DNA of 64,000 bases from an uncultured cyanobacterium (GCA_963710605.1 CAVQBA010000004.1:896001-960000); one strand, 5' to 3'. Counted from the first letter of the stretch, positions 1 to 10,246 are shown. Notes: generated from the letters alone by a model not told the origin. Numbers and translations are program-made.

Positions 1-231
1 GCAACTAATTCCCTTGATAATATATCAGAAAAATATATTCAAGAGTCGATCGAATCACTCAGTAAAAATAAAACTATCATTATCATCGCCCACCGTTTAT
101 CTACTATTGAAAATGCTGATAAAATTATCGTATTGAACAAAGGTAAAATAGAAGAAGAAGGTTCATTAGAGTATCTCAAGAAAGAAGGTAAATTTTTCCC
201 TCAAATGTATAAACTAGAATCAACTCAATAA
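1..231 (+). CDS. ABC transporter ATP-binding protein, C-terminal end (partial; starts before window)
   Basis: Frame 1 reads ATNSLDNISEKYIQESIESLSKNKTIIIIAHRLSTIENADKIIVLNKG...ESTQ*, with the D-loop and the IAHRLST H-loop of ABC exporters. Confidence 0.9.
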   Translation, partial: ATNSLDNISEKYIQESIESLSKNKTIIIIAHRLSTIENADKIIVLNKGKIEEEGSLEYLKKEGKFFPQMYKLESTQ

Positions 232-275
232 ACTACCCAAAGCAACTTTTTTAAAATTTATAATTACTATCTTAA

Positions 276-906
276 ATGTCGATCTTGTTTGTCGAAAAAC
301 ACATACTGTACGGCGAAAATGGGAAACCCGTAGATTTTATCAGAACACCGAATAAGTCAGGAAATCTCAATCCATCTTATTTAATTATGCACTATACAGC
401 TAATACGTCGTTTCGCAACACCGTAAAGTGGTTTTCAAAACGTAGAGCGAAAGTTTCTTCCCATCTTGTGATTGGACGTGATGGAAAAATATGCCAGATG
501 GTGCCATTTAATAGAATAGCTTGGCATGCAGGTGAAAGTAAATGGGGTGAATTAGAATCTCTTAACAGACACTCCATTGGCATCGAGCTGATCAATGCAG
601 GTAAATTAGAACGCCAAGATGATAATTGGCTAAGTTGGGAAGGAAAACTTATACCCGATCGTGAAGTGGATATTCTATTACACAAGAACGAATCTACAGC
701 TACAGGATGGCATAAATACAGTAAAAAGCAAATTTCAATGTCCATCAAAGTTGCTTGTGCATTACATGAAGAATACACTTTTAGAGGCATTTTAGGTCAT
801 GATGATATTGCTCCAGAGAGGAAAATAGATCCAGGCACCTGCATTTCCGATGAAGGATTTTGTAAGTTGCGTACTACTTGAAAAACCTTTTAAAGTATAT
901 CAATGA
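276..906 (+). CDS. N-acetylmuramoyl-L-alanine amidase (Amidase_2/AmpD-like), apparent +1 frameshift near 837
   Basis: Motifs IMHYTA, SSHLVI, AWHAGES, SIGIEL, GHDDI, KIDPG. Given ORF ends at 881. Removing one base at ~836-837 restores DPGPAFPM and moves the stop to 904-906. Confidence 0.85.
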
Positions 907-1724
907 AATTAACGAGAGAAGATTGGATATTCGGATGGGCGTGCGTACCTTCAAAAATTCCTAATACAGTTTTGGGATTTTTAGTTTGGTTTTGCCGAAA
1001 ATTGTATCGAACGTTGGCAAAACTAAGTCTGTTGTTATTATTTGCAATTATCGCAGGAGTCGTTTCAACACCTATTTTTTTACGGATATTGAGTCTAATT
1101 TTAATGGTGTTTGCTATTCCAATAATCCTACTACAATGGATTAATCCCCCTACTAGTTCATTTATACAGCAAAAGTCCAGTCAAATGAATGGACAAATTG
1201 CCTTGGATTGGGTCGATTACAATAATATCTCTAAGTATTTGATCTTAGCTATTCTTGTTGCAGAAGATCCTTATTTTGCTTGGCACATTGGCTTTGATCC
1301 TATTAATATATATAGAGCTTATAAACATAATAAAATAGGAAAGTCTGTAAAAGGTGGTAGTAGCATCACTCAACAGCTAGTCAAAAATCTATTTCTTTGG
1401 CCTGCAAGATCGTATATGAGGAAGATGATAGAACTGGCAATTACTCTAGTAATGGAAGCTTTTGTGACCAAAAAAAGAATTATCGAAATATATTTGAATA
1501 TTATTCAGTTCGATCGCACAATTTTTGGAATTAAACCAGCAACTCAACATTTCTATCATAAAAACGTATCTGAAATAACGATCGAGGAAGGTGCTTTAAT
1601 GGCGGCAGTTCTTCCTAATCCGATTATCTATAGAATAGATGCACCGTCACTAACTATACTTCAGTCGCAGGAATTGATTATCAGGAAAATGAAATTTACG
1701 GGCTTAGAAGCACTTCAGTTCTAA
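903..1724 (+). CDS. mtgA: Monofunctional peptidoglycan transglycosylase (GT51)
   Basis: AEDPYFAWHIGFD, GGSSITQQLVKNLFLW, RKMIE, KKRIIEIYLN, AAVLPNP motifs; N-terminal TM segments. Confidence 0.85.
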   Translation: MKLTREDWIFGWACVPSKIPNTVLGFLVWFCRKLYRTLAKLSLLLLFAIIAGVVSTPIFLRILSLILMVFAIPIILLQWINPPTSSFIQQKSSQMNGQIALDWVDYNNISKYLILAILVAEDPYFAWHIGFDPINIYRAYKHNKIGKSVKGGSSITQQLVKNLFLWPARSYMRKMIELAITLVMEAFVTKKRIIEIYLNIIQFDRTIFGIKPATQHFYHKNVSEITIEEGALMAAVLPNPIIYRIDAPSLTILQSQELIIRKMKFTGLEALQF

Positions 1725-1750
1725 CTAAATTAATTTGGAGCTATCAACTA

Positions 1751-2581
1751 TTAAATTGTCTCTTTAATTAAAACGCCTTCTAGAGTAGCTAATTCAAAAT
1801 TAACTTGATTAATATTAGCTTGAAGCAAATTAGCATTAGTCAAATTACATCTAGTTAAATTAGACCATAATAAATTAGATTCAAATAAATTAGCTTCTTC
1901 TAAATTACTCATTTTCAAACTGCACCATGTAATTGTACTTTGAAAAAAATTACACCCAGTAAAAATACTATTGGCAAAATTACTTGAGCTTAAATTGGCA
2001 TGACTAAAATCAGCACCTTTTGCCATGATACCGATTCCATTAATCCCATTCATCTGGGTAGAAGACAGATTAGCTTGTTCTAGATTAGTATTCATCATAA
2101 TAGCATTAGTCAAATTCGCTCCTTGTAGGTTTGCACCTTGCAAATTAGCATCAGTTAAATTAGCTCGACTAAGCAAACAACCAATCATTTTAGCTTTTTG
2201 AAAATTAGTTTTTCTAAGATTAGTATCATGTAATAAAGACTGAGTTAAAACACAACCACTAAAATCACTTTCGCTTAAATTAGCATTTCTTAAACTAGCA
2301 TTAGTAAGGTTACAATCTAATATTTTACTTTGTTTTATTTTGGCTTGAATCAAATTTATTTCACTCAAATTTGCTTTCGTTAAAGTAGAGTGATTGAGAT
2401 TAACTTCTTTTAAATTCGCTCTTACTAATAAACAATCAATAAAATTTGTTCCACTTAAGTCAGCTTCTTTGAGATTAATACGGTTAAGTTTTAAATGAGC
2501 TAAATTTTGACCACTAAGATCAACTTTCTGAAAATCGGTTTGACCTTGATTATATCTTTCTATTAATTCTTGAATATCCAT
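1751..2581 (-). CDS. Pentapeptide repeat protein
   Basis: A(N/D)Lxx repeats along the whole protein. Confidence 0.9.
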   Translation of the reverse strand: MDIQELIERYNQGQTDFQKVDLSGQNLAHLKLNRINLKEADLSGTNFIDCLLVRANLKEVNLNHSTLTKANLSEINLIQAKIKQSKILDCNLTNASLRNANLSESDFSGCVLTQSLLHDTNLRKTNFQKAKMIGCLLSRANLTDANLQGANLQGANLTNAIMMNTNLEQANLSSTQMNGINGIGIMAKGADFSHANLSSSNFANSIFTGCNFFQSTITWCSLKMSNLEEANLFESNLLWSNLTRCNLTNANLLQANINQVNFELATLEGVLIKETI

Positions 2582-2608
2582 TCTTTATCTTAATTTAATT
2601 GAGGCTAG

Positions 2609-3844
2609 TTAAAGTATTTTTTGTTTGATAAATTGAGCAATACGTAGTGATGCACCAACTTCTCCTAATCTTTTTTTGCCATTAATCTTCATTTCTTCTT
2701 GCCATTGTGAGGGTTGTGATAATAATTGTTGTATTTTTGAACCAACTTCTTGGGGATGATTTAATAATTGTAATGATTTGCCTAACAAACGTTTTTGATT
2801 TTGAGCAAATTGTAAGTTATATTGAGGTCCAAAACCTGGAAAAACGATCGCACATTTTCCTAATCCAACAAATTGTTCGGTTGCTGTACCAGCGGTTGCT
2901 AAAGCTAAATTACAATAGTTTAAACACTGATTATAGGCTTGTTGACTTAAAACAAGTTTAGTCTTTTTTTTCCTAAAGTAATATAGTACATTAGGATCGT
3001 CAATTATTAGATCAAAATCTTTAATCATTTGTTTTTCCCAACCGAAATCAGACAAATGTGTTTCAAACTTTTCTAATGATAATGAAGGTGCGATCGCACC
3101 CAGACAAACAAAATCTTCAGTAAATGTAGCGATGATTGAATCAATACCTTGCAAAATTAATTGCCAATTATCGATCGCTTCAGGTATTCTTGAGCCAGGT
3201 AACAACAAAACTTTTAACTTATATTTCCTATCATCTTCAACCAAATTAGCCGATAAATCATCTATCATGGGATTGCCTAAATTCTGAGCTGAAATCCCTA
3301 ATTTTTGTAACTTTAGTGTAGTAATATTGTCACGAGGAAAAACAGCCAAACAACGACGATTTTTCATTAACCAACATTCCCAGGGATAATAAACACTATC
3401 TCCATAACGCTGTAAAAGTGAAATATCTTCTAACCAACCATTTTCATCTTGGCGATAATATTCAGATTTAGCTGTGCCGACAAAAAAATATTTACCTCCA
3501 GCTAACCAAGCTACTAATAAAGGTAATATATCCCCAACAGCTAAAATTTTCCCGCCTTTTTTTACCCATGCTCTTACCGCCTGATATTGCTGTATAGTTA
3601 AACCAATTAAGCCATGACGTATATCTGACCATAATTGTTTTCTATCCATATTGACAAACCCACCAGACGGCATAGATTTGACAGCGGTAATTATCTCTAC
3701 TCCTTGTTGCTGATAAGCAAAACCTTTTCCCACCATTGGCAAACAAGCAATTTCGATCGAGGGTAATATTTGTTTTAATTGCTGAATTATTTTCACCGCA
3801 ATAATATCTTCACCATGCCCGTTACTGATAACTAATAATTTCAT
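2609..3844 (-). CDS. Lipid-A-disaccharide synthase-related glycosyltransferase (cyanobacterial family)
   Basis: SNGHGED start, MPSGGF, GTAKS, GNPM, LLPGSR, AGTATEQ motifs. Confidence 0.85.
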   Translation of the reverse strand: MKLLVISNGHGEDIIAVKIIQQLKQILPSIEIACLPMVGKGFAYQQQGVEIITAVKSMPSGGFVNMDRKQLWSDIRHGLIGLTIQQYQAVRAWVKKGGKILAVGDILPLLVAWLAGGKYFFVGTAKSEYYRQDENGWLEDISLLQRYGDSVYYPWECWLMKNRRCLAVFPRDNITTLKLQKLGISAQNLGNPMIDDLSANLVEDDRKYKLKVLLLPGSRIPEAIDNWQLILQGIDSIIATFTEDFVCLGAIAPSLSLEKFETHLSDFGWEKQMIKDFDLIIDDPNVLYYFRKKKTKLVLSQQAYNQCLNYCNLALATAGTATEQFVGLGKCAIVFPGFGPQYNLQFAQNQKRLLGKSLQLLNHPQEVGSKIQQLLSQPSQWQEEMKINGKKRLGEVGASLRIAQFIKQKIL

Positions 3845-4316
3845 GGCTAAATTCGTAAATCATGAATATAGATAATATATGGCACAAAACAGACAACAGA
3901 AATAATTTAATTGTCAATTGTCAATTGTCAATTGTCAATTCTCTTTGTACATTTTAAGACAATCTCTACCTGCATTTTTAGCACTATAAAGAGCTTCATC
4001 AGCTTTTTTAATAATTGTCTTTACATTTGTACCATGATTTGGACATATAGCAAAACCGATCGAAATACTGATTGATTCTAATTTTTTTCCTTCATAATAT
4101 AAATCTAAATTTTTGACTTGCTTTCTAATTGTTTCTAATTGTTGTTCGAGATTGTCTAAATCAATGTTGGTAAAAACTAAAGTCATTTCTTCGCCACCAT
4201 AACGACAAGCAATACTGTCATCTGTGGTTTGAGAATTTAGATAGTTTGCCAATCGTTGTAAAACATAATCACCCGCTGGGTGTGCGTAAGTATCATTAAT
4301 ACATTTAAAACGATCG
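3781..4316. repeat. Direct repeat copy 1 (536 bp) of 5670..6205
   Basis: Aligns at offset 1889 from gctgaattattttcaccgcaat to catttaaaacgatcg. Intergenic part is nearly identical; coding parts are diverged. Confidence 0.95.
3935..4316 (-). pseudogene. Truncated duplicate of the GGDEF C-terminus of the diguanylate cyclase at 5824..7770
   Basis: DRFKCINDTYAHPAGD...RYGGEEM...KNAGRDCLKMYKEN. Similarity stops at CGATCG 4311-4316; no upstream domains. Confidence 0.9.
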
Positions 4317-4430
4317 TATCAATATTATCAAATCAAAAATCCAACATTAATAATTTTATAATAAGACAAAAAAAAGGAACAATTATCATTAATTGCCCCC
4401 TAAAAATAAATTGATTTCAAAATAAATTGA

Positions 4431-5066
4431 TTAAGCATTTTGCTTTTTGCGTTTTTTCATTAAAGTACCAAATCCTAAAGCAGTCATCGTACCTAAAATA
4501 GTAATAGGTTCGGGTACTTCCTGAAATTGATAAGTAATCGTATCTGCACCACTATTAAAACCAGAAGTATAAGTACCAGGATTGATTCCTAAACTGTCAA
4601 AATCTTCACCAGAAAAAGTCATAGTACCACTGAGAGAGCCACCTGAATAACCTGCTGGTAATCTAACAGGGGTATTGTCATTGTCAGCACGAAGGAAAAA
4701 GAAATCACCTGAGGAGAAAGAATCTGCTTGAGTTGTCCCATCATCTCCAAAAATCAAAGCTAATGGATTATCAAGAAGATTACGATAAACATCGGTAGAG
4801 GTTGAAGCAGTTGGATTAAATCTGACTATGCCACGATTTGGTCTGATTCTAGAACTACCCGTAATAGAATTAGTACTGTTAGGAGTCAAACCAGTGACAT
4901 CTAAACTTCCGCTAAGAGTAAATACTACATCACCTGCTCCTGTTTCTACCCCTCTAACAAGTATCGCTGCATCTGCTTTTTGTGTTGTCAAACCGCTAAT
5001 TAATCCACCGCCGATAATAGTTACGGCTAAAGTGTTTTTCAGGGTTGAATTCGATCGTTTTTTCAT
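4431..5066 (-). CDS. PEP-CTERM sorting-domain surface protein
   Basis: Signal peptide ending ADAA; C-terminal VPEP, hydrophobic TM, then KKRKK. Likely start is MKKRS at 5066. Confidence 0.9.
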   Translation of the reverse strand: MKKRSNSTLKNTLAVTIIGGGLISGLTTQKADAAILVRGVETGAGDVVFTLSGSLDVTGLTPNSTNSITGSSRIRPNRGIVRFNPTASTSTDVYRNLLDNPLALIFGDDGTTQADSFSSGDFFFLRADNDNTPVRLPAGYSGGSLSGTMTFSGEDFDSLGINPGTYTSGFNSGADTITYQFQEVPEPITILGTMTALGFGTLMKKRKKQNA

Positions 5067-5498
5067 AGCTATAATTTTAATATTTAAAAATAGTAATAGG
5101 ATACTCTTCAACTATACGTTTAAAAACCAAAAAAGTAAACTAGTTTGAGAACAAAATTGTAAAAAAATAGTTATTTTTAAAAAGGTTTATGATATTAATA
5201 TTATATTTACTTATAATCTAACTGAATATAGCTTTTATTTTCAGACATAATTAATTCATTATACTAAAAAAATAAAATATATTGATAAATCTCTTTCAAG
5301 CCACGACTGTAATAATTAATAATAGATAATTACTCTGAAAAATAAATTTTGTAGTCATTTTTACAGTTTTAAATAGCTTTATGTAATTCAATAAGTTTCC
5401 TAAATCTAATCTCTTTCCAAAAAATTGTCTTTGACTACCTACTTCTGGACTAACTTGTTTTCGGGTAAGATATCGGTTAATTATTTTTAAAATATTTA

Positions 5499-5673
5499 TT
5501 GATAAAATTAATTTCTATGTTAGGTTCTACAGGTTTTGTCGGTACATGAATACTAAATGTTGTACGAAAAAATCCAGAAAGCTTTAAAGTTATTGGTTTA
5601 GCCGCAGAAAATTATATTACTTTACTTGCCTAACAAATCAAAGAATTTCAACCCGAAACTGTGGCGATAGCTG
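5499..5673 (+). pseudogene. dxr: Decayed 5' fragment of 1-deoxy-D-xylulose-5-phosphate reductoisomerase
   Basis: Manual translation (M)IKLISMLGSTGFVGT*ILNVVRKNPESFKVIGLAAENYITLLA*QIKEFQPETVAIA matches the Dxr N-terminus (ILGSTGSIGTQTL...FxVVGLAAG...QxxEFxPExVAI). Two in-frame stops. Confidence 0.85.
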
Positions 5674-6205
5674 AATTATTTTCACCGCAATAATATCTTC
5701 ACCATGCCCATTACTAATAACTAATAATTTCATTCCTAAATTCGTAAATCATGAATATAGATAATATATGGCACAAAACAGACAACAGAAATAATTTAAT
5801 TGTCAATTGTCAATTGTCAATTCTCAATTCTCTTTGTATATTTTAAGACAATCTCTACCTGCATTTTTAGCATTATAAAGTGCTTGATCAGCTTTTTTAA
5901 TAATTGTTGTGACATTTGTACCATGATCAGGACATAAAGCAAAACCGATCGAAACACTGATTGAATCTAATCTTTTTCCTTCATAATATAAATCTAAATT
6001 TTTGACTTGCTTTCTAATTTTTTCTAATTGTTGTTCGAGGTTTTCTGAATCAATTTGGGTAAAGACTAAAGTCATTTCTTCTCCACCATAACGACAAGCT
6101 ATACCCTTATCTGTGACTTGAGTGTTCAAAAAATGTGCTAATTGTTGTAAAACATAATCGCCCGCAGGATGCCCATAAGTATCATTAACACATTTAAAAC
6201 GATCG
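5670..6205. repeat. Direct repeat copy 2 (536 bp), including an orphan ~21-codon 5' copy of the glycosyltransferase gene
   Basis: Minus strand 5733..5670 reads MKLLVISNGHGEDIIAVKIIQ and then breaks off. Confidence 0.95.
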
Positions 6206-7770
6206 ACATCAATCATTGCTAAACCCAAACTAGTTTTATTCACCAAACTTTTACTAATTTCTTTATGTAAATATTTTTCTAAATAACGGCGATTATACAA
6301 ATTCGTCAAACTATCTTTGAGACTTTGGTTATGAAGATCTTCTTGAATATTAATATTAGCAAAAGCCAAAGCAATTTGTTTAGATAAAGTTTCTAATAGT
6401 GATTTTTTTTGTGGTTGTATTAATTGATTATTATTATCAAAAATACTGAATAAACCTATATTTTTACCTTGAGCAGTTAAAGGTACACATAAACTATTAT
6501 TAGGTAAAAATTGCTCTTGTAGATGATGACAAAAAAGCTTTTCTTTTGCTTTATCTGCTGTATAAAGATTTCCTCTTCTTAATCCCCAACATTGCTCACT
6601 AGTTAGATATAAACTGCTATATTTTTCTTCACCCCAAAAAACGACTCTAACTAATAAATCATCTTCTATATTATTCATAAAAATTGCTCCGGAAGTATCA
6701 GGAAATATGGAGCAAATTAGATCAGGTAAAACAGTAATTACTTCATCCAAACTCAGACAAATAGATAGAAAATCATTAAATTTACCTAACTGAATCATTT
6801 CCTGATGGCGAGTTTCTAGAGCGGCTATTTTGTCAGCTAATTGAATGTTAACGTCTCTTAATTCTAATTCGATGTTTTTACGTTCGGTTATATCTACTGC
6901 TAAACCTAAAATTTTAGTAACTATACCGTCTGGATTATATTCAAAAGGTGTATCTCTTGTATGTATCCAACGCCATTTATTGTGTAAATCTTGAATTCGA
7001 TAATCAATTTCTAGATAATTATCTGGTGCTAAAACACTACATTTTTCTAAATGTTTTGCCATTATTTGACGATCGTCATTATGTACTAAATCAGGAATAA
7101 TACTAGTTAGCTGAATACTATTTCTTTCATATTTTAAGGTTTCTTCAATAAAGTTATTAAAATAAATATTTTGCTTTTTTTCTAAGTCATAAATATATAA
7201 CATACAAGGAGTCAAATCGGTAATTTTTTGAGTTAAATCTTGACTTTCTTTTAATTTTTTATTAGTTTCTTTTAATTCATGAGTTCTAGTTTCTACTCTT
7301 TTTTCTAACTCCAAATTAAGTTGTAAAATTTGTTCTTGAGCAATACGTCTTTCTTCTACTTCTTTTTCTAATTTTTTATTCAAATTCTCTAATTCTTGCG
7401 GTGATGCCATCGTCAAGGCTAAGGGAATAATAGAATATAAAGAAAAGGCAGTATAAATAGAAATTAACGCCGTAGAAGCTTTGAGCAATCCTGAAAACCA
7501 ATACCATGGATACCAAAGAGTAACAACTGCCATTAAATGGGTTGTGCCACATAAAATGATAAAAGCCGAAAACATAACAAAAATACCTTTAAAAGGAATA
7601 TCTTGCCGATTACGAATAAAATAAATCAGTGTTAAGGGTATTGAATAATAAGATAAAGCAATCATTGCGTCGGATAAAGTATGTAACCCAACTAAAGGAG
7701 TTTGCCATAAGTAACAATGTCCATGAGGAATATAAGACGTTTGAAAAATATTATTAATTGATTCTGCCAT
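5824..7770 (-). CDS. Diguanylate cyclase: ethylene-receptor-like TM domain, coiled coil, PAS, GAF, GGDEF
   Basis: N-terminal PHGHCYLW..SDAMIALSYYSIP..FIILCGTTHL; PAS ending DITERK; DSLTNLYNRR, DVDRFK, RYGGEEM. Confidence 0.9.
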   Translation of the reverse strand: MAESINNIFQTSYIPHGHCYLWQTPLVGLHTLSDAMIALSYYSIPLTLIYFIRNRQDIPFKGIFVMFSAFIILCGTTHLMAVVTLWYPWYWFSGLLKASTALISIYTAFSLYSIIPLALTMASPQELENLNKKLEKEVEERRIAQEQILQLNLELEKRVETRTHELKETNKKLKESQDLTQKITDLTPCMLYIYDLEKKQNIYFNNFIEETLKYERNSIQLTSIIPDLVHNDDRQIMAKHLEKCSVLAPDNYLEIDYRIQDLHNKWRWIHTRDTPFEYNPDGIVTKILGLAVDITERKNIELELRDVNIQLADKIAALETRHQEMIQLGKFNDFLSICLSLDEVITVLPDLICSIFPDTSGAIFMNNIEDDLLVRVVFWGEEKYSSLYLTSEQCWGLRRGNLYTADKAKEKLFCHHLQEQFLPNNSLCVPLTAQGKNIGLFSIFDNNNQLIQPQKKSLLETLSKQIALAFANINIQEDLHNQSLKDSLTNLYNRRYLEKYLHKEISKSLVNKTSLGLAMIDVDRFKCVNDTYGHPAGDYVLQQLAHFLNTQVTDKGIACRYGGEEMTLVFTQIDSENLEQQLEKIRKQVKNLDLYYEGKRLDSISVSIGFALCPDHGTNVTTIIKKADQALYNAKNAGRDCLKIYKEN

Positions 7771-8043
7771 TTTTATTTTTTCTAAACTTAGACTCGTTTA
7801 GTCAATAATTTATATAATAATCAAGATTGTGTATTAATAACTTAATGGTAAGTTTATCGATCGATTTTTAATTATCATCAAAGATTAGCGAATCAATTTT
7901 AATAATTAATTTATCATTTACGATCGTTTGCCGTTAGCAAATAATTAGCCTAAAAACTACAATTAAGAATTTTTACGATGAAACTCATCTCTTGTTAGTT
8001 TTTACTCGTTACTCGTTACTCCTTACTCATTACTCAATTAACG

Positions 8044-10164
8044 ATGGTATCTTTACAGCAAGCACTCAAAAAATATTTTGGTTATGATAGTTTTCGCCAA
8101 GGGCAAGAAGAAATAATTCAATATGCATTATCAAATCAAGATTTACTGGTAATTATGCCCACAGGCGGTGGTAAATCTCTGTGTTTTCAACTTCCTGCAT
8201 TATTAAAAAAAGGTGTAACTATTGTTGTATCTCCTTTGATTGCTTTAATGCAAGATCAAGTTACTTCTTTAAATGATAACGGTATTAATGCCACTTTTCT
8301 TAATAGTACGATCGATTCTACTGAAGTTCGTCGCCGAGAAAATGCTATCCTTGCAGGTGAAACCAAGCTAGTTTATTTAGCCCCAGAAAGACTAGTTAAC
8401 GATCGATGTCAAGAGTTTCTACACAAAATACATCGTACTGTTTCAATTAGTGGTTTTGCGATCGATGAAGCCCATTGTATCTCGGAATGGGGGCATGATT
8501 TTCGGCAAGAATACCGACAACTAAGAAAACTACGCTCGACTTTTCCTCAGGTTGGTTTTATGGCATTAACAGCTACAGCTACCCCTAGAGTACAAAAAGA
8601 CATTATTCGTCAACTTAATTTACGTCAACCGATTATACGTCGCTTTAGTTTTAATCGTCCCAATCTCTATTATGAAGTACAGCCTCGGCAAAAACGTCCT
8701 TATCCACAAATTTTACGTCTGATTAATAGTATCTCAGGTTCAGGTATCATTTATTGTTTTGCTCGTAAAACTACCGAAGAATTAGCTCAAGGATTACAAA
8801 AAAGTGGGATTTTAGCATTACCTTATCATGGTGGTTTAAGTGACTCTATAAGAGCTAAAAATCAAGAAAAATTTATTCGTGATGATGTCCAAATTATAGT
8901 TGCCACAATTGCTTTTGGTATGGGTATCAACAAACCTGATGTGCGTTTTGTCATTCATCATAATTTACCCAGAAATATCGAAAGTTATTATCAAGAATCT
9001 GGTAGGGCGGGAAGAGATGGAGAATCAGCAAAATGTATCTTACTTTATAATTCTGGTGATGAATTTAAAATTAATTATTTCATTAGACAAAAAGAAAATT
9101 TAGCTGAACAAAAAATTGCTCATCAACAATTACAAAAAGTTTTAGATTATGCTCAAACAAATGATTGTCGTCGGATTGTTCAATTAAGTTATTTTGGTGA
9201 ATATTTTGCAGGGGATTGTGATGGTTGTGATAATTGTTTAAATCCTGCTGAAAGAGAAGATTGGACGATCGAAGCACAAATGTTTTTATCTTGTATTGCT
9301 CGTACTAATCAAAGATTTGGAACTAACTATATTATAGATGTTTTAAAAGGCTCAAAAAGTGACAAAATCCAAAAATATGGTCATCATTTATTATCAACTT
9401 ACGGTATTGGTACAGGTAAAACTAACGAACAATGGAAACATTTAGCTCGTAGTTTAGTTTCTAAAGGATTAGTAAATCAAACGACAGATGGCTATAATGT
9501 TTTAAAATTAAATCGACAAAGCTGGTATGTTTTAAAACAACAAAAAAAAGTCGAAATAGCTGTTTTATCTAAAACTAATAAGTCAGCTAATCAAGATGAT
9601 AATCCACGTAAATTGCAAGCCGAATTATTATTCAATAAACTTAAACAATTAAGAAAAAAATTAGCCGATCGAGAAAATGTTGCTCCTTATGTGGTTTTTG
9701 GAGATTCAACTTTAAAATTAATGGCTCAAATACAACCAAAAAGTTTAGCTAGTTTAAGTAAGTTATCTGGTATTACTGAATATAAATTAAATAAATACGG
9801 TAATCATTTTGTTCAAGAAATACTCGCTACGACTGCTGATGTGATTCCGATTGCTTTACCAACAAGTACACAAATGAAAACATTACAATTATATCAGCAA
9901 GGAAATACGATCGAGCAAATTGCTAAAACCAGAGGTTATAACACAAGAACGATCGTTGATCATATTAGCGAATTAATCGAACTAAATCAACCTTTAAATA
10001 TCAATAGTTTTGTTGATAAAACAACCAGAAAAGCTATTATGGAAGTGATCAAAAAAGTAGGAGACAAATCTTTAAAAGTGATTAAAGAAAATCTCGATGA
10101 TAGTTATTCCTATGATCAAATCAAATTTGTCAGAGCATGGTATCGTCGGCAGAATAATAATTAG
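8044..10164 (+). CDS. recQ: ATP-dependent DNA helicase RecQ
   Basis: MPTGGGKSLC, DEAHC, LTATA, QESGRAGRDG, Zn/RQC, HRDC and C-terminal HTH. Confidence 0.97.
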   Translation: MVSLQQALKKYFGYDSFRQGQEEIIQYALSNQDLLVIMPTGGGKSLCFQLPALLKKGVTIVVSPLIALMQDQVTSLNDNGINATFLNSTIDSTEVRRRENAILAGETKLVYLAPERLVNDRCQEFLHKIHRTVSISGFAIDEAHCISEWGHDFRQEYRQLRKLRSTFPQVGFMALTATATPRVQKDIIRQLNLRQPIIRRFSFNRPNLYYEVQPRQKRPYPQILRLINSISGSGIIYCFARKTTEELAQGLQKSGILALPYHGGLSDSIRAKNQEKFIRDDVQIIVATIAFGMGINKPDVRFVIHHNLPRNIESYYQESGRAGRDGESAKCILLYNSGDEFKINYFIRQKENLAEQKIAHQQLQKVLDYAQTNDCRRIVQLSYFGEYFAGDCDGCDNCLNPAEREDWTIEAQMFLSCIARTNQRFGTNYIIDVLKGSKSDKIQKYGHHLLSTYGIGTGKTNEQWKHLARSLVSKGLVNQTTDGYNVLKLNRQSWYVLKQQKKVEIAVLSKTNKSANQDDNPRKLQAELLFNKLKQLRKKLADRENVAPYVVFGDSTLKLMAQIQPKSLASLSKLSGITEYKLNKYGNHFVQEILATTADVIPIALPTSTQMKTLQLYQQGNTIEQIAKTRGYNTRTIVDHISELIELNQPLNINSFVDKTTRKAIMEVIKKVGDKSLKVIKENLDDSYSYDQIKFVRAWYRRQNNN

Positions 10165-10246
10165 TTCAAAAATAAATCAGATAATTATTCATTAACTTAT
10201 TTTAACTTTTATTACTACTTTTTAGTTTGTTATATCTAATTATTTT

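Noticed and set aside
3935-4252. Stand-alone GGDEF protein
   Set aside because: Lacks the N-terminal part of the domain and is one arm of the 536-bp duplication.
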